Positions 1 through 8,600 of a stretch of 52,949 nucleotides of DNA are shown here, one piece after another. Location: assembly GCA_964344635.1 (NCBI GenBank), contig CAYFOE010000005.1, positions 1 to 52,949 of the forward strand. Reading direction: 5' to 3'. Under the pieces are notes generated by a model. The model worked only from the letters and a program-made list of their open reading frames with translations, was not told the origin of the DNA and made no database searches. Every line of letters starts with the position of its first letter. Position 1 is the first letter of the stretch. Made by a program: the position numbers and the translations under genes. Source of the stretch: Candidatus Woesearchaeota archaeon (lineage in GTDB: Archaea; Nanobdellota; Nanobdellia; SCGC-AAA011-G17; UBA489).

Positions 1-61
1 ATACTATACTACTATATAAAACTATAGGTTAGAGTATATATGTTGAGTAAATGCACGAGAA

Positions 62-367
62 TTAATACTTACAACTGCAAACAACTTCAAAACTATCACA
101 ATTTAGAGTACCATAACAACGAGAGACTGAAGTCATGATATAACAATGAGTCTCTTCGTGTCCTTGTCTAAGCATCTCCAACTTACACTCACCAATATTG
201 GAGGTTTCATCCAATGAAGTAGTAGATATAGAAAATTGTTTCTGTAAATTGTATACTTTAGTAGAAGGCGTATCCCCTAGAGGGTTTTTCTGATTTCCCT
301 CAAATAAAACGAAAATTAAAGCCATAGCCAATATGATGATAATGATTGTTCCTGCTTTTTTGTTCAT
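62..367 (-). CDS. Hypothetical membrane-anchored protein with Cys-rich C-terminal domain
   Basis: 101 aa ORF; basic N-terminus, then hydrophobic helix (TIIIIILAMALIFVLF); six Cys in the C-terminal 41 residues. Confidence 0.7.
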   Translation of the reverse strand: MNKKAGTIIIIILAMALIFVLFEGNQKNPLGDTPSTKVYNLQKQFSISTTSLDETSNIGECKLEMLRQGHEETHCYIMTSVSRCYGTLNCDSFEVVCSCKY

Positions 368-383
368 TTTAACCCTAACCTTA

Positions 384-435
384 TACTACGTTAATGTAGC
401 GTAGGGATATATAAAGTTTACTACATAATCGTAGC
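384..435. promoter_or_regulatory. Divergent promoter: TATA box flanked by two TACTAC-N6-GTAGC sites
   Basis: CTAC-gttaat-GTAG at 386-399 and CTAC-ataatc-GTAG at 421-434 flank TATATAAA at 408-415, directly upstream of the wHTH ATG at 436. Confidence 0.55.
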
Positions 436-639
436 ATGGAAAAGAGGAAATCATCAGAGCTAATCAAGGAAATATATGACACTATCAAGAAAAATCCAGA
501 TATTACCATGTCTTCCTTGGAAAGAAAGATGAGAACCAACCCAACATCACTAAAAGACCACTGCGAAGCACTAGAATACCTAGGAGTCATCAAAATAAAA
601 AAACTAGAAGGAACAAGAAAACTGAGAGTAGTGAGATGA
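436..639 (+). CDS. Small winged helix-turn-helix DNA-binding protein
   Basis: 67 aa; pattern IYDTIKKNPDITMSSLERKMRTNPTSLKDHCEALEYLGVIKIKK is typical of wHTH. Confidence 0.75.
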   Translation: MEKRKSSELIKEIYDTIKKNPDITMSSLERKMRTNPTSLKDHCEALEYLGVIKIKKLEGTRKLRVVR

Positions 640-1101
640 AATCAAAAAAAACCAGACTATAACAAATTGTTAGAATTTCTGTGGTATGCTCACGGCTTCC
701 ATGCAAAAAATGAGAAATATATTCCAGAATCCAAAGTAATTTCTTTATTTGGAAAAGAGATTAATAATTTTTTAAAAAGCAAAAAAGCAGGAAAATATGC
801 CGTTTTCTTCTATCAAGATCGCAAACATTTTGGAATAAATGATAAACTTCTTGATTCAGAAATAGAAATAACAGAACTCAAAGCAAATAGGCAAAACAAT
901 GAAAAAATGTCAAAATCCCATGGACTAACCAATTGGATTATAGCCTTAGCTGTTACAATTCAAGCTATATTAAAAATAATGGAAGTCTATAAGGAAGACA
1001 TAGGCCTTGAAGGGATTAACTATATACTCTACATTAGTTTACTATTATTTGCCGCATTCCTATTAGGAAATTTAATTCCATTGATTGTTAAAAAACAATA
1101 A
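636..1101 (+). pseudogene. Membrane protein (two C-terminal TM helices) with apparent frameshift in an A8 tract near the start
   Basis: ATG at 636 overlaps the upstream stop (ATGA). Removing one A from 644-651 joins it to ORF 667..1101 (MKSKKPDYNKLLEFLW...). Otherwise only a TTG start at 667 is available. Confidence 0.5.
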
Positions 1102-1135
1102 ACAGTTTTATATACTACCTTAATACTATAATTCT

Positions 1136-1270
1136 ATGGTGAGAAAAACAACTAGTATCAAAGTTGATGAGAAACTCTGGAAAAAGGTGAAAATTCGTTG
1201 TGTAAACAAAGACGAAGACATTTCTGACTACATTGAAAAACTAATCAAAAAAGATTTGAAGGTAAAATAA
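1136..1270 (+). CDS. Ribbon-helix-helix (CopG/Arc-like) protein, 44 aa, not in ORF track
   Basis: Manual translation MVRKTTSIKVDEKLWKKVKIRCVNKDEDISDYIEKLIKKDLKVK; alternating beta strand TTSIKVD plus two helices; TTTTATATA at 1106-1114; TAATG overlap with next gene. Confidence 0.8.
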   Translation: MVRKTTSIKVDEKLWKKVKIRCVNKDEDISDYIEKLIKKDLKVK

Positions 1271-1560
1271 TGGAACTTAAAGAATTTATAAAAAACGTTC
1301 TTGAAGATGTAACTGGAGCTGTCAAAGAATCAGAAAATGGAAATTTTAGTTTTTATCTCAATGATTCACTAGATCAAGGAATTGATTTTGACTTAGCAGT
1401 TGTTCTAAAAAAATCTACAGATGGACGTATAGGGGCAGAAGTTTTTAGTGTTCTTGGCGCTAAAGCCAAGAAAGGTACATCTGAAGAAAAAGTAAATAGA
1501 ATAAAGTTCAAGGTTATTCCTTCGTCTAAAGAAGGCACAGCTAGCGCTACAATAATTTAA
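1270..1560 (+). CDS. Hypothetical protein, trypco2-like (trypsin co-occurring domain 2)
   Basis: MELKEFIKNVLEDV...IDFDLAV...G.IG..V...NRIKFKV resembles the trypco2-type pattern as recalled. Confidence 0.55.
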   Translation: MELKEFIKNVLEDVTGAVKESENGNFSFYLNDSLDQGIDFDLAVVLKKSTDGRIGAEVFSVLGAKAKKGTSEEKVNRIKFKVIPSSKEGTASATII

Positions 1561-1630
1561 TAGAACTTTTTACACAGAAGTTACTTTTTACACAAAACCT
1601 ATTTATAAGGCTTTACTACTATCCGGCAAT

Positions 1631-3022
1631 TTAAGCCGATTTAGACAATTTTACACCTTCATCCGAGTCTTCAATTATAAACCCTAATTCAAGTATTCTA
1701 TCCCGAATTTCATCAGCTTCTGCCCATTTTTTACCCTTACGGAGATCTTCACGTTGATGCATGAGCTTTTTTACTTCATCAGGAATATCTTTCTCTTCCA
1801 AATAATCATCTCCAGACTGGAATAATCCAAGCTTTAGAATTTCATCCACAAAACAAGCAATAGTATACTTTTCTTTTTCATCCCTATCGCCCTTTAAGGC
1901 AGTCCAAAGAAATGCAATTAATTTAGGAGTATCAAGATTATCATTAATGATTGAAAGAATTTCTTCTTTGATTTCTTTTTCTCTTGCTTTTTTACATTCT
2001 AAGGAACCAATATGTTTACGAAGAGACCTCAAGGTTTTATCTGCCCCCTCTAAAGAATCCCAAGTGAAATTCATTAAAGTATTATAGTGAGAGGTTAAGA
2101 TCAAGTAACGATATGCCAAAGGATCAAACCCTTTTTCGATTAAATCTTTTAGCCTGAAAATATTTCCGAGAGACTTAGACATCTTTTCCCCTTCAACCAT
2201 CAAAAATGCAGAATGCATCCAATAGTTAACAAAAGTTTTACCAGTTACAGCTTCAGATTGAGCAATCTCATTGGGATGATGAATAGTTAAGTGATCTGTT
2301 CCACCAGTATGAATGTCTAAAGTTTCTCCCAATTGATCCATTGCCATCGTAGAACACTCTAAATGCCATCCAGGAAAACCAACACCCCACGGACTTTCCC
2401 ACTCCATCTGTCTTTCTTTATCTTTAGGTGAAAACTTCCACAATGCAAAATCCGTAGGATTTTTCTTTTCCTTGTTCACTGCAACCCTTGCACCCTCTAA
2501 AATCTGTTGATTCTTGATATTGCCCAAAGTCCCATAGTCTTTAGACTTAGAAGTATCAAAATAAACCCCATCAGAAGTTAAATACGTAAACCCTTTTCCT
2601 TCCAAGATTTTAACAATCCCAATTTGCTCCTCGATATAATCTGTTGCCTTACACCAAGTATTAGGATCTTGAATATTTAGCGAAACTAAATCTTCCTTGA
2701 ATGCTTTTGTAAAAAACTCCGCTAACTCTTCCGCAGTCTTTCCAGAAGCTTCCGCAGCAGACTCAATCTTATCATCACCATGATCATCATCAGAAGTTAA
2801 ATGGCCCACATCAGTAATATTCATCACATGATTTACCTTAAAACCATTAAATTGTAACAAACTCTTTAGAATATCGGCAAAAATATACGCCCTTAAGTTA
2901 CCAATATGCGCATAACCATAAACAGTAGGGCCACAAGTATAAAGCCTAATTAATTTAGGATCAATTGGAACAAATTCTTTTTTCTTCTTAGACAAAGAAT
3001 CATAAAAAAATAATTTTGGCAT
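1631..3022 (-). CDS. cysS: Cysteine--tRNA ligase
   Basis: CGPTVY..AHIGN (HIGH), DFALWK, PGWHLEC, KMSKS. Confidence 0.98.
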   Translation of the reverse strand: MPKLFFYDSLSKKKKEFVPIDPKLIRLYTCGPTVYGYAHIGNLRAYIFADILKSLLQFNGFKVNHVMNITDVGHLTSDDDHGDDKIESAAEASGKTAEELAEFFTKAFKEDLVSLNIQDPNTWCKATDYIEEQIGIVKILEGKGFTYLTSDGVYFDTSKSKDYGTLGNIKNQQILEGARVAVNKEKKNPTDFALWKFSPKDKERQMEWESPWGVGFPGWHLECSTMAMDQLGETLDIHTGGTDHLTIHHPNEIAQSEAVTGKTFVNYWMHSAFLMVEGEKMSKSLGNIFRLKDLIEKGFDPLAYRYLILTSHYNTLMNFTWDSLEGADKTLRSLRKHIGSLECKKAREKEIKEEILSIINDNLDTPKLIAFLWTALKGDRDEKEKYTIACFVDEILKLGLFQSGDDYLEEKDIPDEVKKLMHQREDLRKGKKWAEADEIRDRILELGFIIEDSDEGVKLSKSA

Positions 3023-3024
3023 TG

Positions 3025-3765
3025 TTACACCAACTCAAAAACCACTGTAACTGCCGCACTTAAACTAACATCCCTCGGATCAATATTTATTGAATCCGAT
3101 TCTAAAACCATATCTTCGCGTGCCGCAAATACCACAGGAGATTCATAACCATAATCATTAGTTGTTACCGAAACCAAATCTCCAACCCTCATTCCCAAAC
3201 CCTCTGCAATTGCATCAGCCTTAGAACGTGCATCTGAAGCCGCACTTGTTAGTGTCTGAGATTTCAATTCATTTCTCTTCTCAAAAGAAAGTTCCGAATT
3301 TATATGGCTAACCAACCCACCATTATCAATAACCGAATCCACAACCTCGCCAATATCTGAATCTTTAGAAACTAGAACCTTCAGCGTATGCGATGCAACA
3401 TAAGTAGAATCTTCAGCCTTCTCCCCATCAAACCAATCATATTGTTCATAGACATGGAAATTTTCAGTATCAATATCACCCTTATCTATGCCCTGCAAAA
3501 TTAAGTCTTGAATTATCTTATTTGCGATTAACGTATTCTGATCCTTTGCTTCCTTCGCAGTTGGCTCTTCTGTTGTAATCTGAGCATAGACTCCAACCTG
3601 ATCCGGTTCAACAGTCAATTGAGACTTTCCACTCACAGAAATAGTCTCACCAGTTTTATCCGGAGCATACATTGAAGCTATTGCAATTATACCTGCAAAC
3701 ACCACAATGGTAATTGCTAAACTATTAGTTACTAAAAAAGATGAATTATTTGCTCTTTTTTTCAT
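3025..3765 (-). CDS. SIMPL (DUF541) domain protein
   Basis: N-terminal TM, ISVSGKSQLTVEPD, A..DARSKA.AIA.GLG..VG, C-terminal V.V.FEL. Confidence 0.85.
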   Translation of the reverse strand: MKKRANNSSFLVTNSLAITIVVFAGIIAIASMYAPDKTGETISVSGKSQLTVEPDQVGVYAQITTEEPTAKEAKDQNTLIANKIIQDLILQGIDKGDIDTENFHVYEQYDWFDGEKAEDSTYVASHTLKVLVSKDSDIGEVVDSVIDNGGLVSHINSELSFEKRNELKSQTLTSAASDARSKADAIAEGLGMRVGDLVSVTTNDYGYESPVVFAAREDMVLESDSINIDPRDVSLSAAVTVVFELV

Positions 3766-3799
3766 GATCTGAAAAAGGATTTTAGTTATTTAAATATTC

Positions 3800-4180
3800 T
3801 TATTTAACTAAGATTGCATTAACAACACCATCTTGTCCCGGACGTGAAAGAACTTTTGCATTCCCTTTAGAAGTTTTAATGATAGTGCCCTTTGTTAAGA
3901 TATTTCTTCTAACGAAATGCCTATTAGCAGGGTTCTCAACAACAGCCTCAATCTTTAATTTAGCATACTTTTTTGATTTAGGATCAAAAACATTTGCATG
4001 ATCATCAGAGTAAGAAATCACTTTCTTATTGCCACCCATGCCCCTAATTAGCTTGATTACTCTCTCTCCAACCTTAGTATGAGTTGGCAGTCTTGCTAAT
4101 TCTCTAAGCTTCTTGGTCCTAAAAGGTACATACCTTCCACCTGTAGGCTTTCTCTTTGACCTATGTTGTGTTGTTGCCAT
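3800..4180 (-). CDS. rps8e: 30S ribosomal protein S8e
   Basis: RSKRKPTGG, NPAN.HFVRRNILTKG.II, SRPGQDGVVNA. Confidence 0.97.
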   Translation of the reverse strand: MATTQHRSKRKPTGGRYVPFRTKKLRELARLPTHTKVGERVIKLIRGMGGNKKVISYSDDHANVFDPKSKKYAKLKIEAVVENPANRHFVRRNILTKGTIIKTSKGNAKVLSRPGQDGVVNAILVK

Positions 4181-4327
4181 TGGATTTTTGTTTTGATTTT
4201 TGGTTTTTAAGACTTTTCATTTTAGGCTTGGGCCCGAGAGACTGGAGTTTAAGAGTTGCTAGAGAGATCCATAAGCTTTAAATACTCTTCAGAAGGGTTT
4301 TGTATAATATTATTGGGGGTTAACAAT

Positions 4328-4552
4328 ATGGATACAAGCAGACCATTAGATTCATTGAATCAAAGCAGAGGAAAAAGAGTACTCGTAGAACTAAAAAACG
4401 GAAAACAATTCGTAGGAACACTAAAAGCGTTCGACATTCACATTAACACAGTTCTTGACGAGGTCGAAGAACTTGAAAACGGAGAAGTTAGGAGAAAGTT
4501 AGGAACAACTTTTTTCAGAGGAGATACAATAATTATAATCTCACCACAATAA
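4328..4552 (+). CDS. Sm-like archaeal protein (SmAP/LSm)
   Basis: RPLD.L...V.VELKNG..F.G.L.AFD.H.N.VL and RGD Sm2 motif; start moved to ATG 4328 after a GGGGGT SD-like site; upstream of rpl37e as usual in archaea. Confidence 0.93.
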   Translation: MDTSRPLDSLNQSRGKRVLVELKNGKQFVGTLKAFDIHINTVLDEVEELENGEVRRKLGTTFFRGDTIIIISPQ

Positions 4553-4553
4553 A

Positions 4554-4805
4554 ATGGCAAAAGGAACCGCAGCTAAAGGACTAAAGAGAAACAAAGGAAG
4601 ACTCCATATCAGGTGTAGAAGATGTGGAAAAGCTTCATATCACAAAATCAAAAGTGTTTGTAGTAGCTGTGGTTATGGAAACAGTGCTAAGTTGAGGAGA
4701 TTTAACTGGCATAAAAAAACTGTTAGTAAGATCAGAATCGTTGCTAAAATTAAGCAACACATGAACAAAAGAAAGAAGAACACTTTCAAGCTTGCTAAAA
4801 AATAA
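4554..4805 (+). CDS. rpl37e: 50S ribosomal protein L37e
   Basis: KGT...HIRCRRCG..SYH....CSSCGYG zinc finger. Confidence 0.95.
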   Translation: MAKGTAAKGLKRNKGRLHIRCRRCGKASYHKIKSVCSSCGYGNSAKLRRFNWHKKTVSKIRIVAKIKQHMNKRKKNTFKLAKK

Positions 4806-4809
4806 GATT

Positions 4810-4893
4810 GTGGGAGTGCCGGAGTGGTCAAACGGGCTGGGCTTAGGACCCAGTGGCTTAGTGCCTACTAAGGTTCGAATCCTTACTCCCACA
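4810..4893 (+). tRNA. tRNA-Leu(TAG)
   Basis: Acceptor GTGGGAG/CTCCCAC; anticodon arm CTGGG-CT TAG GA-CCCAG; long variable arm; GTTCGAATC T-loop; CCA not encoded. Confidence 0.95.
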
Positions 4894-5694
4894 CTATTCT
4901 TTACTTACTAAATTTTGAAGTAATATCTTATAGAACTTAGAAATATTCAAAGCAATTATTATGAATATCACCAAAGGTATTGATTTTATGAACGAATTTT
5001 CTCCAATATGTTGTTGAGTCAATGCAATCGCTATCAACCAAACTAAAACCAAAGTGTTCAGATATAATGGAAGATAAATTGGAAGATATTTGTATACTCT
5101 TTTAATCGCTATCTTGAAAGTTTTATTGAGAGCTTCATGCAATTTTTGATTATCCAAAACTGCATAGTAAATTGTCAATAGATAGAACCCGAAAAATGCA
5201 AAGATAAGAATCTTCAATATACTATCATCAAATGTATTGAAAAAATCAGTTATTTCCCTAGGAAATGCCAACTGAGATATCAAAAAAACCACCAATGCTG
5301 AAGGAACAGCCAGATTAATGAAATACTTTAGATTATTCTTTATCTTACACTTCTTGATAGTCTTCCAGAATAAACCTTGGAACAAAGACCAAATCACTAA
5401 AAGAATTAACGGTGCAAGAATATACGCAAATAATGTTGCCTCATTAGAAACCTGATTAAGCGCCTGAATCACAGTCAAAGAAGAATCTATAGTTGCAGGA
5501 TCATTAACATCAACAGTATTCAACACCTGTTGCAACTGAGGCTGAAACTCTTGAATCTTAATTAAGTACTCTGTTAGTTTATCCTTAACATAAATCAAGA
5601 AAAACAATGAAGAAAAAAACAAAGCTAACTGTGCAAAAGCTAGAGTGAAAAAATTCTTTTTATATTCCTCGAAAGACTTTTTGAAAACATTCAT
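4894..5694 (-). CDS. Multi-pass membrane protein of unknown function
   Basis: 266 aa with about 6 hydrophobic segments; starts 4 nt after the stop of the giant ORF. Confidence 0.75.
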   Translation of the reverse strand: MNVFKKSFEEYKKNFFTLAFAQLALFFSSLFFLIYVKDKLTEYLIKIQEFQPQLQQVLNTVDVNDPATIDSSLTVIQALNQVSNEATLFAYILAPLILLVIWSLFQGLFWKTIKKCKIKNNLKYFINLAVPSALVVFLISQLAFPREITDFFNTFDDSILKILIFAFFGFYLLTIYYAVLDNQKLHEALNKTFKIAIKRVYKYLPIYLPLYLNTLVLVWLIAIALTQQHIGENSFIKSIPLVIFIIIALNISKFYKILLQNLVSKE

Positions 5695-5698
5695 TTGA

Positions 5699-8600
5699 CT
5701 ATAGCCCAGACCTTATTTTTAAAATTACATCAACCATATTAAATTTGTCCAACAAGTCATCCAAGAACATTGAAACAGAACCATGCAGTTGATCCTCTTC
5801 TAAAGGGAACTCATACCTATAAATCCCATTCCTTAGATTAGAGGATTCAGTTACTGCAAAATTCAACATATCTTGGAGATTCTTGTAATCCTCTAAAGGA
5901 ACATCTGACTTAATTATCTCAGCCTTAGAAGAATATTCTCTTGCTGAAAATTCTACATCGTACAATAATTTCCTGAAAACCTTGTCATTAGGGAATTCTG
6001 TTCTGATATCATTTAATTCTCCAATCGCAGTGTAGAAATATTCCTCTGCATCTAAATAATCTTGAACACCAACAAAACTTTCTAGTTCACTATTTAAACT
6101 ATCTAATGCATCATTCAAATCAGTAAGTTGGCTAAGATATTCCTCATAAGATTCCAATATACGCCTATGTTCTGCAAATTCATCTTGATTTACTAGCATC
6201 CACGAGGAACTTGAAAGAGTAGATTGGGCAGGATTGTAAATTGTGAAGTTTGTTCCGTCTTCTTTTTCCAAGACTAAGTAAACTAAGTCTGATTTTCCAG
6301 TGTCCAGGAGTTCTAGAACAGTGTAATATCTTTCAGGACTAGTAATTCCTGCAATCTTATCTCCTACTACAACTTCTGACCAGACTTTTTCAGACCTTAC
6401 TTGAGTGTCAGCTCGTTCTTCTGTAGACTGACCACTTCCTTCAGAAGCCTTGGACTGTTCTTGCATAGCTTTGTTCCGTTCCAAACTTAATGCCCAAGTC
6501 TCGTAGAGTTCTGCCAATTCAAACCTAAGTTCAATTGTCCTTGCTTCCTCCGTGAATAAGCCGTTATCTATTAAATCAGCATAGACATCTGCAGCATCAG
6601 AGTATCTGCTTTCAGATTTTGCTTTGTTAATTTTTTCAAGTGCATTGTTGATATCTTCAGGAGTAATATACAGAGTCCTTATCCCAATATTCTTTGCATA
6701 TTCATTAATACTCTGTACGATGTCTGATGACAGAGTTGGGGCCTCACCTTGAACTTCTTCCCAATATGCCTCCTGGTTAACTGCATGTTCTGCAACAATG
6801 TTTTTAGCCGAAGGCATGTGCATCCAACATGCTCCAAGATACCTTCCTTTTTCACCTTCTTCCTCCCAACATTCCCCTACAGGTTGCCAATCGGCTTCAT
6901 CTCCCGGCGCATAACTCGAACAAACTCTAGTAATCCCTGTCTCAGTTAACCCTGATGCGAAACCTCCAACAGCAAGAGACGCAGTCTTTCCCGCCACGCT
7001 TGAATAAGGCGTTGTTAAACTCGAACCAGAAGGATTACACTCTTCTGCTGTTGTGATCCCTCTTTCTTGTGAATCCAGTTGTGCAACTTTATTTGATAAG
7101 TACTCCAACCCAAATCCAGTTGAAGTCTTACCAAAACCACACTCTTCTTGAGTTCCATAAGTCGGGCTAGTGTATGCAACACAAACTTGATTGTATCCAT
7201 CTTGTGCCGTAAAGTCAATTGTCTCTGCATCAAACTGATCTGGATTGAGACGCTTATTCCTCACCAACCAAACTGCAGGCATATGGCTGTTCGGTTCAAG
7301 CCCCTGATATCTCAAATATACTGAGAATGAAATAGGCTCATTTGCACCCGCATACATCCGGTAATAAACCTGGTATGTTGATTGAGGAGGGAATGGGATG
7401 TCCGAATAAGGAACTGTATCCATAATCGCAGTAAACTGAGGAGGCGATTCTGGTTGTAATAACCTATCTGTAAAGGATCCCACCCCAGGAACTTTTCCAA
7501 ACACAGCAGCTTTACAGATTTCTCCACCAATCTCAGGAAGCGCCCCGCCAGAGAATTGTGCAAATGTATTCTTTGCATAATCCTGAGTGAAATACTTCAA
7601 ACCATTAATTGTTTGATCCATACTTGCAGAGAAATCAGAATACTCTGAACCTTCATCATTGTGAATCTTCTTTAATATTGAACCGACGACACCAGATTTT
7701 ATGTTGAAGATTGCAATTGCTTCCTTCCATAAAACATCACAGATATAGTAACTCCTAATCATATCACATATTCCAACCGATTCATCATCAACTAAAGATC
7801 TTTTTAGACAATCCGAATACTCCATCAAGACAGTCTGAATATTCTTTAACCCAGCATAGATTCCTGTAATACACACAGGCATTACAACACTACCTGCCTC
7901 AGTCCCAATCCCAGTACCAGGAATACCAAAATTATGAAGGCCTAAAATTGTGCTCCCAATGATACCAGTTTCAACTACATTGTCAACCCTCCAAACACCA
8001 TTAAGATCAAACCTACTTGAAGGACATAAAACCGGATCACAGGCATTAAACAATAACTTACATTCTCCAGGCGAGTAAAAGTTTACACACGCAGGACCCT
8101 TTAGTACTGCATCCTTCTTTACCGCATAAGAGATCCCATTGCAGATAACCCTGTCCCTGTTTGAAGCCTTAGCTTTATTGAACGAACCAACACAACTTTC
8201 CACCTTGTTTAAATTTGAAGTATCTCTTCCTTCATCCCTATCTGTGCTGATTACTTCCCTCAAGCCACCAGTACCAACCATTGATTCTGACGAATCTCCA
8301 ACAATAGGAGAGTTTGGTGCAGACCTTTGGAATACAACAGGCTCCTTCATCCTTCCACTAGAAGTATAATCTATCTCCACATAACGCAGCGCATCCGTAC
8401 TCATGCGATGGATCTTTCCTTTGTTAGGACCCTCTGAATAAAATGTGACGATGGAGTTATGTTCAAATCTCTGTACAACAGTAGTTTCCGACAAAGTATA
8501 CTCTTTCCCATCAGGAGAGTGTACCGATTTAGCGCCCACCCTATTATCATCAAAGAAGATCAAGCCTCCTGCTGGAGAAACATACACATGCTTTGCATTG

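Noticed and set aside
4181..4327. SRP RNA or other ncRNA next to rps8e, and the longer Sm ORF start at 4256
   Set aside because: Region is under 150 nt, AT-rich, with no SRP helix-8 motif; reads as a divergent promoter region
4635..4892. 85 aa minus-strand ORF
   Set aside because: Antisense shadow of tRNA-Leu and rpl37e
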